Under the pieces are notes generated by a model. The model ran no database searches. It saw only the letters and a program-made list of their open reading frames with translations, and had not been told where the DNA came from. 64,000 nucleotides of DNA from Eledone cirrhosa (taxonomy: Eukaryota): assembly GCA_964016885.1 (NCBI GenBank), contig OZ024756.1:25730001-25794000 (forward strand). The letters run 5' to 3'. Shown here one piece after another: positions 49,663-63,031 of this stretch (position 1 is its first letter; every line of letters begins with the position of its first letter). The position numbers and the translations under genes are program-made.

Positions 49663-52600
49663 GAGAAGGCACGTAGTTAAAGAATTGGATTTGCAATCAC
49701 AAGGTTATGATTTCAATTCCTGGACTGGGCGATGTGTTATGTCCTTAAGCAAGACACTATTCCACATTGCTCCTTCTGTCTGGACTTGCAACTGATAGAT
49801 AGTATTAGCAATTAGAAAGACCAATGGAAACATTGTTTCCTCAGTCCGATTTGATGAGCTCCACCTAACTCGAAACACGAATGAGGTCCATGAGATTTGT
49901 CTGACAACTGTTTGTACATATTTGGCTGTTTTGTTGTTTGTACAATTGGAACACTAATCATTGGAACTGACAAAAGTCCAATCATATGTATGTATGTCGG
50001 TGATAGGAAACACATACAGGACATAGAACATCTGCCAAATAAAGAAAGGGTCAGGAGGACTTTTCAGCTACACCCTAGACATGACGATTTCCTTAGTGTT
50101 GGTGCCATGATAAAATGCACTTGATAGAGCATAGGATCATTTGTTGGGCCCCCAGCCCATCTGGAGGTCAGAGTCTGCTTGGGTACTGACCAGTCTGTGA
50201 TATGTCTAACTCTTGGAAACAAAGAAAACAGATGTTAAACAATGCTGATGATGATGGTGTATGTATGTATGTGTACTTGTGTGTGAATGTAACTGTAAGT
50301 AGTACATTCATTGCCAGAAGTATTGGAGGTCCAACATATAGAACAATAAAAGTAAAAGTAAATGTTATTCATACCAGGTTGTCTTTAATAACTGGGCTGT
50401 CACTTCCAAAAGCAAGTTTGGCAACAGCAGAACAATACTCAGCATTTCCTCCAATAGGAGAATACTCCTTGTCCATGTTTGCTGCAACAACCATCTCCTC
50501 TGCCTGGAAGAAAGACACAAATTAGGAATTTATTGAGGTTTGAAAACTGTGCTGATATGGTGCTGCCTGCGTGAAAAATTACTGGATGACAATTGAAAAT
50601 GGAGAGGAACTGAGGAAAACTAGGATTACAAAGGGGAGGAATATGGCCTAAATCTATGAGCACCACTACAAAAACTGTTGAAAAATAAACAAAAAAATCA
50701 TTCCTTCTTACCTTCTTCACTGATGGTAAAATATATGGTTTGCCATTGTCATCTCTGTAAGCACCGACACCAAGGTTCATTTTTTTCGGATTGGTGTCTT
50801 TCTTGAAAGCTTCTGTGACCCCAAGGATAACATCTGGAGGACCCATTTCCACATTGGACCACCATGATCTGAGGAAGAAAACGCAGAAACCAAATATAAA
50901 TACAATATTTACACAGGCATGTTTCTGGGATGTTTTAATGATAGGGGTTCCAGACTTACATTATTTTTACAGTTCACACCTATGTAGGTTTAGCTAGATT
51001 CCAATAATATTCTATCTCATATGATGTTTCTTGGGTGTTTTAATGATAGGGGGCCCAGACTTATCATATTATTGTTACAACTACCCACAAAACACAAAGC
51101 AGAACACAAAGCAGTGTTATTGGCCTCAAACAAATACAGTGGAACAACAACTATTGTTCTCTGGCTAAGTCCACCTTGTTCACCTCTGCTATAACCACTC
51201 TTAAGATCTATAAGTATACAGATTATAAACCAGTGAGGGTGCCTCTATGTAGTCCCCCCTCTGCTAGAAATAGCAGCCACGTTCTTGACTATTTTCAAAA
51301 TGATTACACAGGCAGTGTATTTTCTGAAAAATATGCTAGCAAAATAGTTAAAGGAAGAACACATTAGATAATCTGATTCTTGATGTCAGGTAGGAAATCC
51401 TATTGATTATATAGGTCTACATGATCAAGACTGACCTAGGGTTAAACACCACAAAATAAACAAAGAACCTGTGCAATTGATAGAATAGAACACAGACTGC
51501 AACACTGCACATCTGAAGATGTGCAGCATATGAAGATGTGTACATTAATCCTCAAAAGTTTCAACACCAGTTTCAACAATGGGCATTGTGTTCTTAAATC
51601 AACTGAATGCCCACTTTGTGAATTAACATAAGTAGTTGAGTATTCCAGACATGTACAACCTTAACATAATTCCCAAGTTGAATCAATGTGAAATGGTGCT
51701 TGACAAGGCTGGCCTTTTAAATCACAGGTACAGCTTCCAAACAGTTTCTGTCTACCCAATTACATTCACAAGGTTTCGATCAACCCAAGTTTATATTGAA
51801 GACATTTGCCCAAGATGCCCTGCAGTGGGATCAAATCCAGGATTCCATGATTGCGAAGTAAACTTGTTAACTGTTCAGCCATATCTACCTCAACTAAATA
51901 GATGTAAGGTTGATGACTAAAAACATGGAATGAAAGTTTAGAACAAAACAAAGAAGTATGGAAATATACATGTTGGTATGGATCCGTAACTCCTGAGGAG
52001 TCATAGGGGCACCATATCGAGGGTGTTTTTTAAACCTGGTGGAGCCCATCTCGTCTCCAGGCCTGAATACAGTAGATTTCTTCCAGAGAAGGAAGAGAGA
52101 GTGAGAGAAAGGAAGTGAGAAAGAGATATAGAGGAAGAATTACACCCAGTACTTGACTGGTACTATTTTCTTTATCAACCATGAATGGATGATAAGCAAA
52201 GTTGACCATGGTGAGATTTGAGAGTAGAGAGCTGAAATGAATACTACAAAGCATTCTATCCGATGTTCTAACAACTCTGCCAATTCACTGCCTAATGTAT
52301 GCATGTTAGGAATCACTAAAGAGGATAAAAAACATAAGAGAAGAGAGTAAACAAAAGTACAAAACATCATAAAAAATATTGAGAAGAGAAAATAGAGGAT
52401 GGCAGGGCATGTGGTGTGGACACGTAACAACAGTTTGATGTGACTATGTAGAGAATGGTGGGCAGGACATGTTGTGTGGACTTGTGACAATAGATTGACG
52501 TAACTATGTACAGAATGGTGACTGAAGGGGAGAGGTTTAGACAGTCGAGGTAGGACATCTGTGTGTGTGTATCAGTTTAACACATGTCTTTATACTGATG

Positions 52601-55600
52601 TTTAAAGCAAGCAGTGCCATTTGTTTATGTCCCATGTAAACAATAGAGTCAACAGCATAGCGATTCAACAAAATGAGCCTCGTAGGCGATATTTATAAAT
52701 AGAATATAGATTGACAGTCAGGAAGGACATCTGGCCCCAGATGAACTGCTCCCAAAAGTTTTATCGAAACTCTAGTTAGCTTAGAAAAACAGTCATCAAA
52801 AAACAATACAGCTGATGATGATGATGATGTAAGACACACTGATATAAGACTGAATGTAAAACCATTGACCCATCATTGATAGTGAATTCTTTCCTAAGTA
52901 AACAGCTGAGAACTATTATTGACTTCTTAACAACTTAGATTTTGCTTCAAAGTATCTCTAGATTAAAAACAATTGGGTTTCCAGTTAAAATCTAATTGGG
53001 GCAGATGTTAATCAGTGATAATTTAAATAGCTATCAGTTTGTTTGTGTCTAGTAGATAATATTAATGTTGTTGTTTTAATTATATCTTCATCTCAGTCGA
53101 CACACATTCAGCTAAAGTTAATTGTTGTCTTTTTAATACATTTATATAAAAGTAACACTATATATATGTTTAACGTCCATTTTCCCACACTAGTATGGGT
53201 TAGACAAGTTGTGCCTTTGAGACAAGCCAGATTAGATGACCGTGTCTTGCTCATACAAAACTGATTTTGGCTTGGTTTCTACTAAATAGTCACACTGCGA
53301 CAGGTCTTTGAGAAATCATGGGAGTACTGCCCAGAGATGTATTGTAGACCTCGAAAAGGCATATGGCTGCATTCTGTGGGACCTGCTGCAGAAGGTTCTG
53401 CAGGAGTATGGGATCGATGGTCATCTTCTTGTTGCCCTGATGTCTCTATACTAATGAATATTTGAGTTCAGATAAAGGGTGCATACTGTCACTTCTTCTG
53501 TTCATTATTTTCATGAACGGTGGATTGGCAGTATCGGTAGAGGGTCAGACGCCATGCTTTGACGCATAGAGTTACGGCCCTTGCCATTCTGAGTTCAAAT
53601 CCCGCCGAGGTTAACTTTGCCTTTCATCCTTACGGAGTCGATAAAATAAAGTACCAGTAATGCACTGGGTAATTGCTGGCCTTGTGCCAAAAGTAGAAAC
53701 AATTATTTTCATATACAAGATTGACATGCGCATTTGGGTTAGAAGTGGTATCACGACTTGCAGGTGTAGAATCAGTCAGCTGAAATTTGCAGACAACATG
53801 GTATTACTTAACTCAACAGAAGGTGATCTACAACTTACATTTGATAGGTTTAATGCTGAATGCTGCATGGCTGGAATGAAAATCAGTGCTGCGAAAACTT
53901 GTCCTTGCAAGGAAGCCTGTACAGTGCACTCTACATGCGAATGGGGTTCCACTGAAGCAGGTGGAGAAGTTCAATTAGTTCAGGGCCATGTCCACAAGTG
54001 ATGATAGGCAGGAGGCTGGATTAAGTGCAAGAATAGCAGGAGCTGGTGCAGTAATGCATCAGTTTCAGCATTTGGTAATCAGAAGGAAGGTATATGTAAA
54101 GGCCAAACACGCTATCTGCAATTCAGTATGAATCTTGGGTAATGACCAAAAGAATACAATCACACATACAAGCAGCAGAAATAAGGTTCCTCCAAAGGGT
54201 ATTTGGAGTAACATTAATAGAACATGTAGTTTGGAAATCAGAGAGTCGCTCCAGGTAGAGTTGCTACTTATTTGAATTGAGAGATCACAGCACTGATACT
54301 TTAAGCATGTGGTTAGAATGTCTCAGGAAAAAAAAAAATTGCTGGACAGATTTTACAGGCAAAATCAACCGGCAGAAGACCCAGGGGTAAACCCTGAACA
54401 AGATGGTTGGATAACATCCATGAGCTTGGCTGGTCTCACTTGAGAATCCAGCCAGATTAGTTAGAAACAGTTGCTTCTGACAGGACCCGTTGGAAGGAGT
54501 GTTTGAGGACTCTGCCTCCAGGACCTTCTCAGGAATAAGAGGGCGAAGAAGATATGTGTATATAACCATGCCCATCCAGTTTAAAAAAGGCACTCCATAT
54601 CATAAGTGGCTACAAGTTTTGGTGTAAAAAAGGGCATCTGGCTGTAAAAAATGTGTCTCAAAACATCCCATTCAACCCATGCCAGCATGGAAAAGTCAAT
54701 GTTATGATGATGATATGAGATTATATATATAATAAAGGAGTGAAGAATAACACAGATCAGCTGTACAGTAGGGTTTATTCGGCCACCCGAACACAACTAA
54801 GTAAACTGTTTGTTGAGTCAAACAACACCGAACGTTAGAACTATCCTCTACTTGGATTGCCTTAATACATCATTAAAATATATATATATATATTATGTAA
54901 TCAATATAATGTAGTGAAGTATAACCGTATTGCCTTCTTCATTATTATGCCAATACTTTGTCATATACGGGCCTGTGTGATCCCATATCAGACTAGGAAA
55001 GTATACTGCTGTTGAGTGCTTAATCCTGTTTACGCCAGTTTGTTTTTTTATCAGTGTTTGTGATTACGAAACTAATCATTAATTAATTAACATGAAATAA
55101 AAACAATATCATATACATATAAATAAGAATGATTTTCCAAAGAAGAACAGAAGGGAACCACGGTTAGATGAGGTACTCAATACATTTCTTCTAGCAATAA
55201 GAATGAGGTCATCAGTATATAGTCATTTCTATGAGCAACCAGTTTTAAACTTCAAAGTTGTACTTTTCATAATTTTGACAGGGTTTTTCTGGCTAAATAC
55301 CTTCCTATCACCAACCACTTTACAGCATGAATTGGGTGCATTTTTTGGTATGTCAAAACTTAAGTGTCCTCTACACTGTATTTTTTTTTTTTTTTTTTAG
55401 TATCTGTTCTCCTAGATGGGTTGTTTTCAACTAAATTCCTTCCAGAGTGTTTCATTTTGCCTTTCAGGGTTAATAAAATAAGTACCAGTAATATAAAGTA
55501 CCAATTTAATTTACAATACTCCCTCTCACCCATATTTCATTTCTGTGCTAGATTAAAACAATCAATGATTTAGATATTTTAACTAACTTTAATTTTTTAT

Positions 55601-58600
55601 GTGAAGCAACACATTCATTTCGAAGATAATGAAGAATTTGCATGGATTTAGTAACATTTAACTAACTTTCTCATTATTAAGCTGGTGTTTGGAGCATAAC
55701 ATAAAGGTTCTTACATAAAATTATGATGAAAGGTTTCTAGATAAATTCTATTACTTTATTACGGGTTCCAGTCTATAGGCTAAGACCATGCAGGGGCACC
55801 ACCAATACAAACACCTTTGTTATATGTTTGCATTTGTAACGAAGTGGTAAAGCTTGAAAACTTTAAAAAAAAAAAAAAAGCAAAACCTATTCGTTTCGCT
55901 AAATTCAGGAAAACCAAGTAGTTTTTTTACACTTCACATTATTGTTAGTTTCGTTCTAATTACGTCACTTTGTTCAAATTTTACGGGCCTTGAATTAAAT
56001 AACAACAAAAACAATAAGATGGGAGTGTTAGAAAAGACAAAAATAAAAAATAAAAATGAAATACCGACAGTAGTAACGATGAAAGTCTTCGTTACACATA
56101 TCAATGAAGAAGTAAAACGACACTCTACCCGTTACACCGTTAAAGTATACTGAGATCCGGGTATGGTGTTTCCATCTCCCAGTGTATCAACTTATAGCTT
56201 ATTTTAAATACTCTTCAGACATACTACAGCAAAACTTACGATAATAATATCAATAATAATAATAATAACGGTTTCTAATTTAGGCACATGACCAGTATAG
56301 GGAGGGTAAAGTCGTTTAGATGGAATCTAACTGGGTAACTTCATTTTATTGATCCCAGGGTACTGAGAATAAGAATGATTTCTTACATAGGCACAAGGCC
56401 TCAGATTTTAGGGGTGGAAGGGGAAATTCGATTATATCGATCCCAATATTTGACTGGTATTTTATTTTATCGATACTAGAAGGATAGAAGATAAAGTTGA
56501 TCTCGGAGGGATGTGAAAACCTCTCTCGGGTCACACCCAACAGTCTTATAGAAAAGGAAGGACATATTGGATAGTGTAGTACGTGGTATATAAACAGACA
56601 TGATGGGCATGGCTGGAAGATCTGTTCTATCTGGTCTCATTCTGTAACAATTATATATCAGGGTGTCCCCCCAAAATGTATACACACATTTATTAGAATG
56701 TTGTTGAAGTATGCATACATGTGTGTGTTTATATATATTAGAGAGAAAGAGATGTAGTATAAGTACAGTTTAGTAACCGCCTAAGTTTCTTTATAACTTT
56801 CTGAATAATGAATGTTTATTTTAATGAAATTTTGCAGATACATGCTCGAATGAATAGATTACGATTATAATAGGGGTTTTTTTTTTCTTCTTTTTTAAAT
56901 TGCTAATTCCTAATTGTGGAAATGACATTACGTTCCTGTATGAAATGAATGACATTATCGAAAGTAGTCAATAAAAGAAACGAAACTATACAAAAATGAA
57001 AACAAAATTTACTAAAGTGCACCAACGTAATCTACATCATGGAACATTTCATTTAAAAATAGTCATTATTAAGAAAGTTATAAGGAAACGAAACGGAGTG
57101 GGAGGAGAGAGACTAAACTAGTTATACCACACCTGCCAGGTAGAAGAAATACTTTACGTGGTGTTCATACCTTTATTAAAGGTATTATTGGCAGCACAAG
57201 TGAATAGAATGAGCATCGACCGGAAATTGAACCAGGATCGTTTATCTCTTAGCTATAACGGAAACTAGCAAATACAATTCGTAGCTTAATTAATATATGT
57301 AAGGATATTGTAAAATCTTAGAAAGATATTTGCCGGTTGTTGAATGACAAGAAATATTCACAAATTGTAGTGTTTACAAAGGAAACAAACAAAAATAGTT
57401 TGTTTATGTATCGGAGCCACTCCATGACACCTTGGACAAATGTCTTCTACTATAACCTTGGGAATAAAATTCATTAGGTGGAAACTGTGCGTGTGTGTAT
57501 GTCTTGTAACTTAGCAATTCGACAAAAAGAGATGGATAGAATAAACACTGAAGTCAATATGATCAATTAAATCCCTTCTTGGGCCATTTCCAAGCATGGT
57601 CGCACTCTAATATATATAATCGGTAAGTTTTAACACGTCAGCCAATTTTCTCGAAAACGTTAAATAAATTTATAATTGTGGATAACTGATTATTTAATTT
57701 AATTCAATATAATTTATCTATCTGTCCCCACCCCCTCTCTCTCTGTTTGCTTATTTATTTTATCGCCACCGTCTGCTATAAATAAAACAAATTCCACCCC
57801 TCTTTCCTTTCCCGTTTCCGAAGTATGTAAGAGGAAGGAAAGTATGAGAGGTTATATTGTACGTGAGTTAGGAAATGTAGACGAAATATGGCACGCACAC
57901 CACCACCATAGTACAAGGGCATTAGACTTAAGACCTTGAAAAGTTAGCTAGAAACTAGCTAATACTGGTGTTTCATAATAAAGGTTACAGAATATATTTC
58001 TTTTCGAGTAGATATAATTATAACTGATAAAGCATACAATAGCTAGTGTTATGTGGGGGAAAGGCATAAGATTCACCACCTCCCTCTATCCTATTAAATA
58101 GGTATCTATCTAGGGCGTTGTGTGTTGGTTACCTTGTCAAAGGTAACAGCTGTTATGATAACCTTAACCTTTCTCAAACGTTCTTGGTTTCGTTTTGTTC
58201 TATCGGAATTTTTAAAGAAGATATTACGAGTGTGTGGGAGATGGTGAAAGAATGGAGAGGTTTTATTGTCAGGAATGTGGTCAAAGCTAATCCAAAGGCC
58301 CAGTTTTCGGTGGAGCAAAAGGCAAAGTTAGAAAGTCGAAGTAAAACAAAAAATATGAACGAAATGTAACGGGATAATTGCAATGCAAGACAAACTATCA
58401 ATTCACACCTTCTGTATTTTATTTTAGATTTATAATACTAATAATAAACAAATTTCAACTGGTATTGGATTAAAATTATTCAATGCGTATTTCTATATAA
58501 ATACACCAGGTAGTGATTTGATGGTAATATAGCTACTATTTCTAGTGGGTCGAGTAACCACGTAGAGGTTCGGAATATATATTTTGTTGGATTGAAAGTA

Positions 58601-59741
58601 TTGTTTTGACTGTTTTTGTTTAGTTAAAAGTCATCTCCGTTTAAGGAAATTCCAGGCATAACTAGCCCGTCCTTTTACGAGCACGCAGGAAAGTCTACAG
58701 TATATATATAATATACCCGGCCTTTATTTAGAGGTGTGAGGGAGATTTAGCTGCTGTTTTTAGCAGGTCTAATGTATTACAGAGTTTATAAGAGTGGCGG
58801 GGTGGGGTCCACCGGGGACAGAAATCCAAGGACAAACCGTGTATATCTGATATCACACACACACACCGACTCGTATGATAAAAAAAAATCTTCTCAAGCC
58901 TCTTGACACCACCGTAAGCAATCATGTTCTGTGTTGCAACATTTCACGGATACACAACATACTTGGCTTTATGCAATTTTAGACTAAATAATTAAAACAT
59001 TTTAACCAATTTTCAAGATTCTAATGACAAGATCCGTCCAGACAGACGATATATATATATATATATAAGATTTAATATAGAAATGGCTTCTACGCGACTA
59101 GAATTGTTTCATTCGAAGGAGATCGATGATCTCCTTCGAATGAAACAGTTCGAGTCCTGTACAAGCCATTTCTATATTAAATATTTTATATACTCTACTA
59201 TGCATTGAGTACCTTACTGTGGTTACACCCGATTGAACCCGGGACTCATTATTATAGACACACACTTTGGTCAAGTTCGTGACTCGAAGCTGCTCCTCTT
59301 CGCTACACTCTAATTTCTCCCTTTGATAGAAAAGTGTGAACACCACTCAATCATCTCACTTTTTCTGTTACATTGCTGCCTGTATAAACATATTTATAAT
59401 TTTCTTTCTCCTCTGCGATGTATATGAGCAAACATGGGTGTCTATGTGCGAGCAATTTTATTGTTTTTATCTTTGTCACCCTTATGGCAAATATCTATTA
59501 TTATTATTATTATAAAAAAAGACATTTTTATTATCATTGATTATTTACCAGTAATACACTGGAATAATTACTGGCCTTGTGCCAAAAGTAGAAACAATTA
59601 TTATTGATTATTTACATAAGTTTTTGTTTAGTCCCAAGTTCAAACCTGATTGAGCAAATGCATTCCAGCTTTGACCATCCATTTTTTCTTTTTTTTTTTT
59701 TTTTATTTCAGGGATTATATTGTTCGATGTGTACTTCGGTG

Positions 59742-59773
<32 letters not shown>

Positions 59774-60021
59774 GGTAAAGTGTAAAGAAAAATTTGGCTG
59801 CTATTTCTAGCGAGTCACGCAACCACGTAGAAGCTCCATGGGTCGGTTCGATTGTAAAGTAAAAACATTTTAACAAAAGGGTGAGGAGAATATATAGAGA
59901 AGTGTAAGGAAGTGAATGGTAAAACGGTTATTATAACTCACGAAAGCCTGTGGATGACACCGACATGAGGTGTACCATTGAGATGTCTGGGTAGAACACG
60001 TACCGATGCGAACAATGCCAT
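40109..60021 (-). CDS. GOT2: Mitochondrial aspartate aminotransferase, full gene span. complement(join(40109..40231,40981..41131,43594..43759,44300..44486,45157..45225,45622..45709,48235..48308,48742..48801,50375..50503,50712..50868,59942..60021)); 427 aa
   Basis: The 11 exons join in frame (sum 1284 nt) with GT-AG boundaries. Translation runs [13 protein letters not shown]...[13 protein letters not shown]...[12 protein letters not shown]...[12 protein letters not shown]...[13 protein letters not shown] (PLP lysine)...[10 protein letters not shown]...HTVTK*. This matches the mitochondrial AAT family as I recall it. Confidence 0.97.
40981..41131 (-). CDS. GOT2: GOT2 exon 10 (151 nt) [50 protein letters not shown]
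   Basis: ttgtAG acceptor, CAG|GTACTA donor, [10 protein letters not shown] motif. Confidence 0.96.
43594..43759 (-). CDS. GOT2: GOT2 exon 9 (166 nt) [54 protein letters not shown](W)
   Basis: tacAG acceptor, TG|GTAAGT donor, RPMYSNPP motif. Confidence 0.96.
44300..44486 (-). CDS. GOT2: GOT2 exon 8 (187 nt) PEQWAEMSS...[12 protein letters not shown]...[10 protein letters not shown](G)
   Basis: tttcAG acceptor, G|GTAAGT donor; contains the Schiff-base lysine (SFAKN). Confidence 0.97.
45157..45225 (-). CDS. GOT2: GOT2 exon 7 (69 nt) [23 protein letters not shown]
   Basis: tgtAG acceptor, AAG|GTAAGT donor, HACAHNPTG motif. Confidence 0.96.
45622..45709 (-). CDS. GOT2: GOT2 exon 6 (88 nt) [29 protein letters not shown]
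   Basis: gattttAG acceptor, TCG|GTGAGT donor, YRYYD motif. Confidence 0.96.
45970..46383 (-). mobile_element. Family B non-autonomous RTE-derived copy in GOT2 intron 5
   Basis: Near-identical reverse complement of 8578-8990; (TA)n on both sides. Confidence 0.9.
47956..48163. mobile_element. piggyBac-type MITE (same family as 23559-23773)
   Basis: TTAA|CCCTTTAGC ... TGTTAAAGGG|TTAA. Confidence 0.85.
48235..48308 (-). CDS. GOT2: GOT2 exon 5 (74 nt) [24 protein letters not shown](K)
   Basis: ttttcAG acceptor, AA|GTAAAT phase-2 donor, PSWGNH motif. Confidence 0.95.
48742..48801 (-). CDS. GOT2: GOT2 exon 4 (60 nt) [20 protein letters not shown]
   Basis: tttcAG acceptor, TTT|GTAATT donor, SGTGAL PLP-phosphate motif. 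Confidence 0.96.
48930..49135 (-). mobile_element. CR1-like LINE 3' end fragment
   Basis: Homologous to 60965-61160. Confidence 0.75.
50375..50503 (-). CDS. GOT2: GOT2 exon 3 (129 nt) [43 protein letters not shown]
   Basis: cttccAG acceptor, CTG|GTATGA donor, DKEYxPIGG motif. Confidence 0.96.
50712..50868 (-). CDS. GOT2: GOT2 exon 2 (157 nt) [52 protein letters not shown]
   Basis: ttcctcAG acceptor, AAG|GTAAGA donor, conserved AAT N-terminal motifs. Confidence 0.97.
53290..54545 (+). mobile_element. Decayed RTE-clade LINE in GOT2 intron 1, interrupted by a SINE (53516-53712, TSD ATTATTTTCAT)
   Basis: [35 protein letters not shown] remnants with frameshifts. Confidence 0.8.
56757..57127. 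mobile_element. MITE with long imperfect TIRs
   Basis: GTATAA..AGTTTAGT..TTTCTTTATAACTTTCTGAATAATGA versus TCATTATTAAGAAAGTTATAAGGAAAC..ACTAAACTAGTTATAC. Confidence 0.55.
59070..59248 (-). mobile_element. Penelope-like repeat with ~55-bp-arm fold-back (59070-59182) in GOT2 intron 1
   Basis: Imperfect palindrome centred on GGAGATC-GAT-GATCTCC; paralog of 22806-23029. Confidence 0.7.
59942..60021 (-). CDS. GOT2: GOT2 exon 1 (80 nt), mitochondrial transit peptide [26 protein letters not shown](S)
   Basis: Start context caaccATGG; Arg-containing, acid-free N-terminus resembling vertebrate MALLHSGRVLP; phase-2 donor TC|GTGAGT matches the phase-2 acceptor of exon 2. Not present in the ORF track. 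Confidence 0.9.
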
Positions 60022-60320
60022 GGTTGAGATTGAACTGACGCTTGATGAAGGTCAGACACCAGCAAAAATAGAAATTCAACTCAGAAACCTGACGAAACGA
60101 AATGATTTGACGATATGAACTATTGTTTTGTTTTTGGCATGTGGTTTATTTAATTTGTTTTTATACATACACACGTATTTGTTGTTTTTACATCATCAAA
60201 GCTTCAGGTCTACGTGAGAGGTGAAATAATATTTGGTGGCGTTCATGCTTTTCATGAAGGGTATCTACCACTGACGTTAGTGAGTTAAAATAGTTACGAG
60301 TTTTTTGTTGTTACTTTTCA
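60022..60320 (-). promoter_or_regulatory. Probable GOT2 5'UTR / core promoter
   Basis: Unique, CpG-containing sequence immediately upstream of the ATG with Inr-like TCAGTT/TCATTT. Inferred from position only; the TSS is not determined. Confidence 0.4.
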
Positions 60321-60964
60321 CGCTTGCTTGAAACGGTTTGGGTGGTTATGTGAGGGCAATAACGACGTGGTAATGCATTCAACAGTATCAATTCAACTTA
60401 TGTCAATTAATGGACATAAGTAAACAAAAATGAAAGTATTTTTTTCTTTTTTTAAAAAAGGATAAAAATAATAAACAGGAAGAGAAAAATAAAAATTAAA
60501 TAATGAAAATGGAGGAAGGAGCAAACATTACACTCCTGGCGAGGTACCTAGCATACAAGATGGTGAAAGCATTGCAGAGGTCAGCCAGCGACATTCGCTA
60601 CATCAACCATTCCACCTCCCGACTTTGCTGTGGAAAACATCAGTCTAGGGACCGAGGACACTGGAAGTCACAACTTCAACCAGTCAAGTCCCAATATTCA
60701 GGGGTGACATGACCAGTTGAAACCGTTTCACGATGGGTCTTCATATTTCTCGAAGTGGGTGGCCCAACTACCATAGCTTCTTATAACTATTTGTTCTGTT
60801 CAACAAATAAATATCGATAGAATATGTACCAGACAAAAATATGTATTGCAGTTGATACAATCAACTACCCTACCACACACAAACACATCAGGCCAACGTT
60901 TCTTAGGAAGCCCACACCCATGAAGTACTAGCTTTTATTGTTCTGTTACATGTTACTAATAATA

Positions 60965-61490
60965 ATAATGAAATTGTGTATAGTGCTCAGGTGCACTACA
61001 ACTCGTCAACAGTGCATGTATAGTACATAGAATAATACACAAATGTCAGGGAAGTGAATAGTGTACGAGTCATGATATACATGTGTGTATGGAGGGGGAC
61101 CATTAGGTGTAATGTTGGCGAATCTCGGGAAGCATGGAGGCCTTAAAGGATGCAGTGTCTCAACAGCTAACAACCGATGCAGGTAGTTTGTTCCATGCTT
61201 CAGCAACTCTGAGCGTGAAAAAAATGTTTCCGAAAGTCATGGGAACTGTAGTTTTCTGACTGTGGGCATGCCCACATGTGTTAGATACATGGAAATCAAA
61301 AAGGTACTCAGGGTTGTTGTTGGCAAGATGGTTAACAATTTTGTGGGTGTTTATCAAGTCAGTTGCCAGGCGTCGGAGCTTCAATGTATCCATGCCCAGG
61401 GAAGCAAGGCGCTCAGAGTATGGTAGATGCCTGATGGAGGGTATTCGCTTGGTTGCACGTCTCTGAACAGTTTCCAGGCGGTCAATTGGT
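60965..61490 (-). mobile_element. CR1-clade LINE 3' end
   Basis: LETVQRRATK.IP....PYSERL..L...TLKLRRL..DLI..HKI...FFTLRVAEAWNKLP..VV; (ATT)n tail. Confidence 0.85.
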
Positions 61491-61639
61491 GATGCAAATT
61501 GTACAGCCTTAAATAGATAGCAAGACCTTTGTCAGCTGCTCCAGCTGAGTGATGCTAAGACACCCTCGGCCCTCGACAATTTTAGAGACGTGCTTCGTCC
61601 AACGCAAATTGCTGCTGACCGTATGACGCCATGTACATG

Positions 61640-61770
61640 GAGAGCGATATTTCACATGTGGTCCGAGCCCATTACCAGATTTGGGTGCTTACATTTTACA
61701 TATGGCTCAGATATTACCAACTTTGGAGACCTACATTTCATATCTGGCCTAAACTTATTACCAGCATGCA
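61640..61770. repeat. Three relic units (42-44 bp) of the 12.7-14.0 kb minisatellite family
   Basis: TACATTTTACATATGG...ATTACCA anchors at 61671, 61713, 61757. Confidence 0.7.
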
Positions 61771-62029
61771 AAAGCCTGCATATGTGTATGTAAGTGGAGT
61801 CCATTGATAACCATTCAATAATACTGTATTTAAGGGAAGAAGTTTGACTTAGTAACAATTAGGTCACAAGTTCAATGCCATTGGATGCCATATTGCCAAG
61901 TGTCATTTATTATAACTTCAAGGCACTACACCTGAGTAAAATTGGGTGGATGGAAGCTGTTTGAAATCTTGAAGGGACTATACCCATATAATTCAACCCT
62001 TTAGCATTTAAACATCTCTATCAAACAAT

Positions 62030-62997
62030 ATAATATAATAGATTATATAATATGTATAATGTATAATAGATTATATAATATGTATAATGTATAATAGATT
62101 ATATAATATATATAATGTATAATAGATTATATAATATATATAATGTATAATAGATTATATAATATATATAATGTATAATATATAATATATATAATATAAT
62201 ATATAATATAATATATAATATATAATATATATATAATATAATATAATATATATATATAATATATTATATAATATATTATATAATATAATATAATATAATA
62301 TAATATAATATATAATATAATATATATATATAATATATTATATAATATATTATATAATATATTATATAATATAATATATATATATATAATATAATATATA
62401 ATATATATATATATATAATATATTATATAATATATTATATAATATATTATATAATATATAATATAATATATATATATATAATATAATATATAATATATAT
62501 ATATATAATATATATATATATAATATAATATATATATATATAATATAATATATAATATATAATATATATATAATATATATATAATATATTATATAATATA
62601 TTATATAATATATATATATATAATATATTATATATATATAATATATTATATAATATATTATATATATATAATATATTATATATATATATATATATTATAT
62701 AATATATTATATATATATATAATATATTATATAATATATTATATATTATATATATATAATATATTATATAATATATATATATATATAATATATTATATAT
62801 ATATAATATATTATATAATATATATATATATAATATATTATATAATATATATATATATAATATATTATATAATATATAATATATTATATATATATATAAT
62901 ATATATATAATATATAATATATATAATATATATATATATATAATATATATATATATAATATATAATATATAATATATATAATATATATATAATATAT

Positions 62998-63031
<34 letters not shown>

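Noticed and set aside
57171-57216. Alternative GOT2 first exon [15 protein letters not shown] with GTATGA donor
   Set aside because: The donor is phase 1, incompatible with the phase-2 exon 2, and the peptide is not transit-peptide-like. 59942-60021 fits far better.
57210-57275. tRNA-Gly-like T-arm/acceptor (minus strand GGTTCAATTTCCGGTCGATGC)
   Set aside because: Only the 3' third resembles a tRNA; there is no D-arm, anticodon arm or matching 5' acceptor strand.
58133-58318. Candidate coding exon ending AAG|GTAACC
   Set aside because: The frame needed to join exon 2 contains a stop and there is no recognisable homology. It could at most be non-coding.
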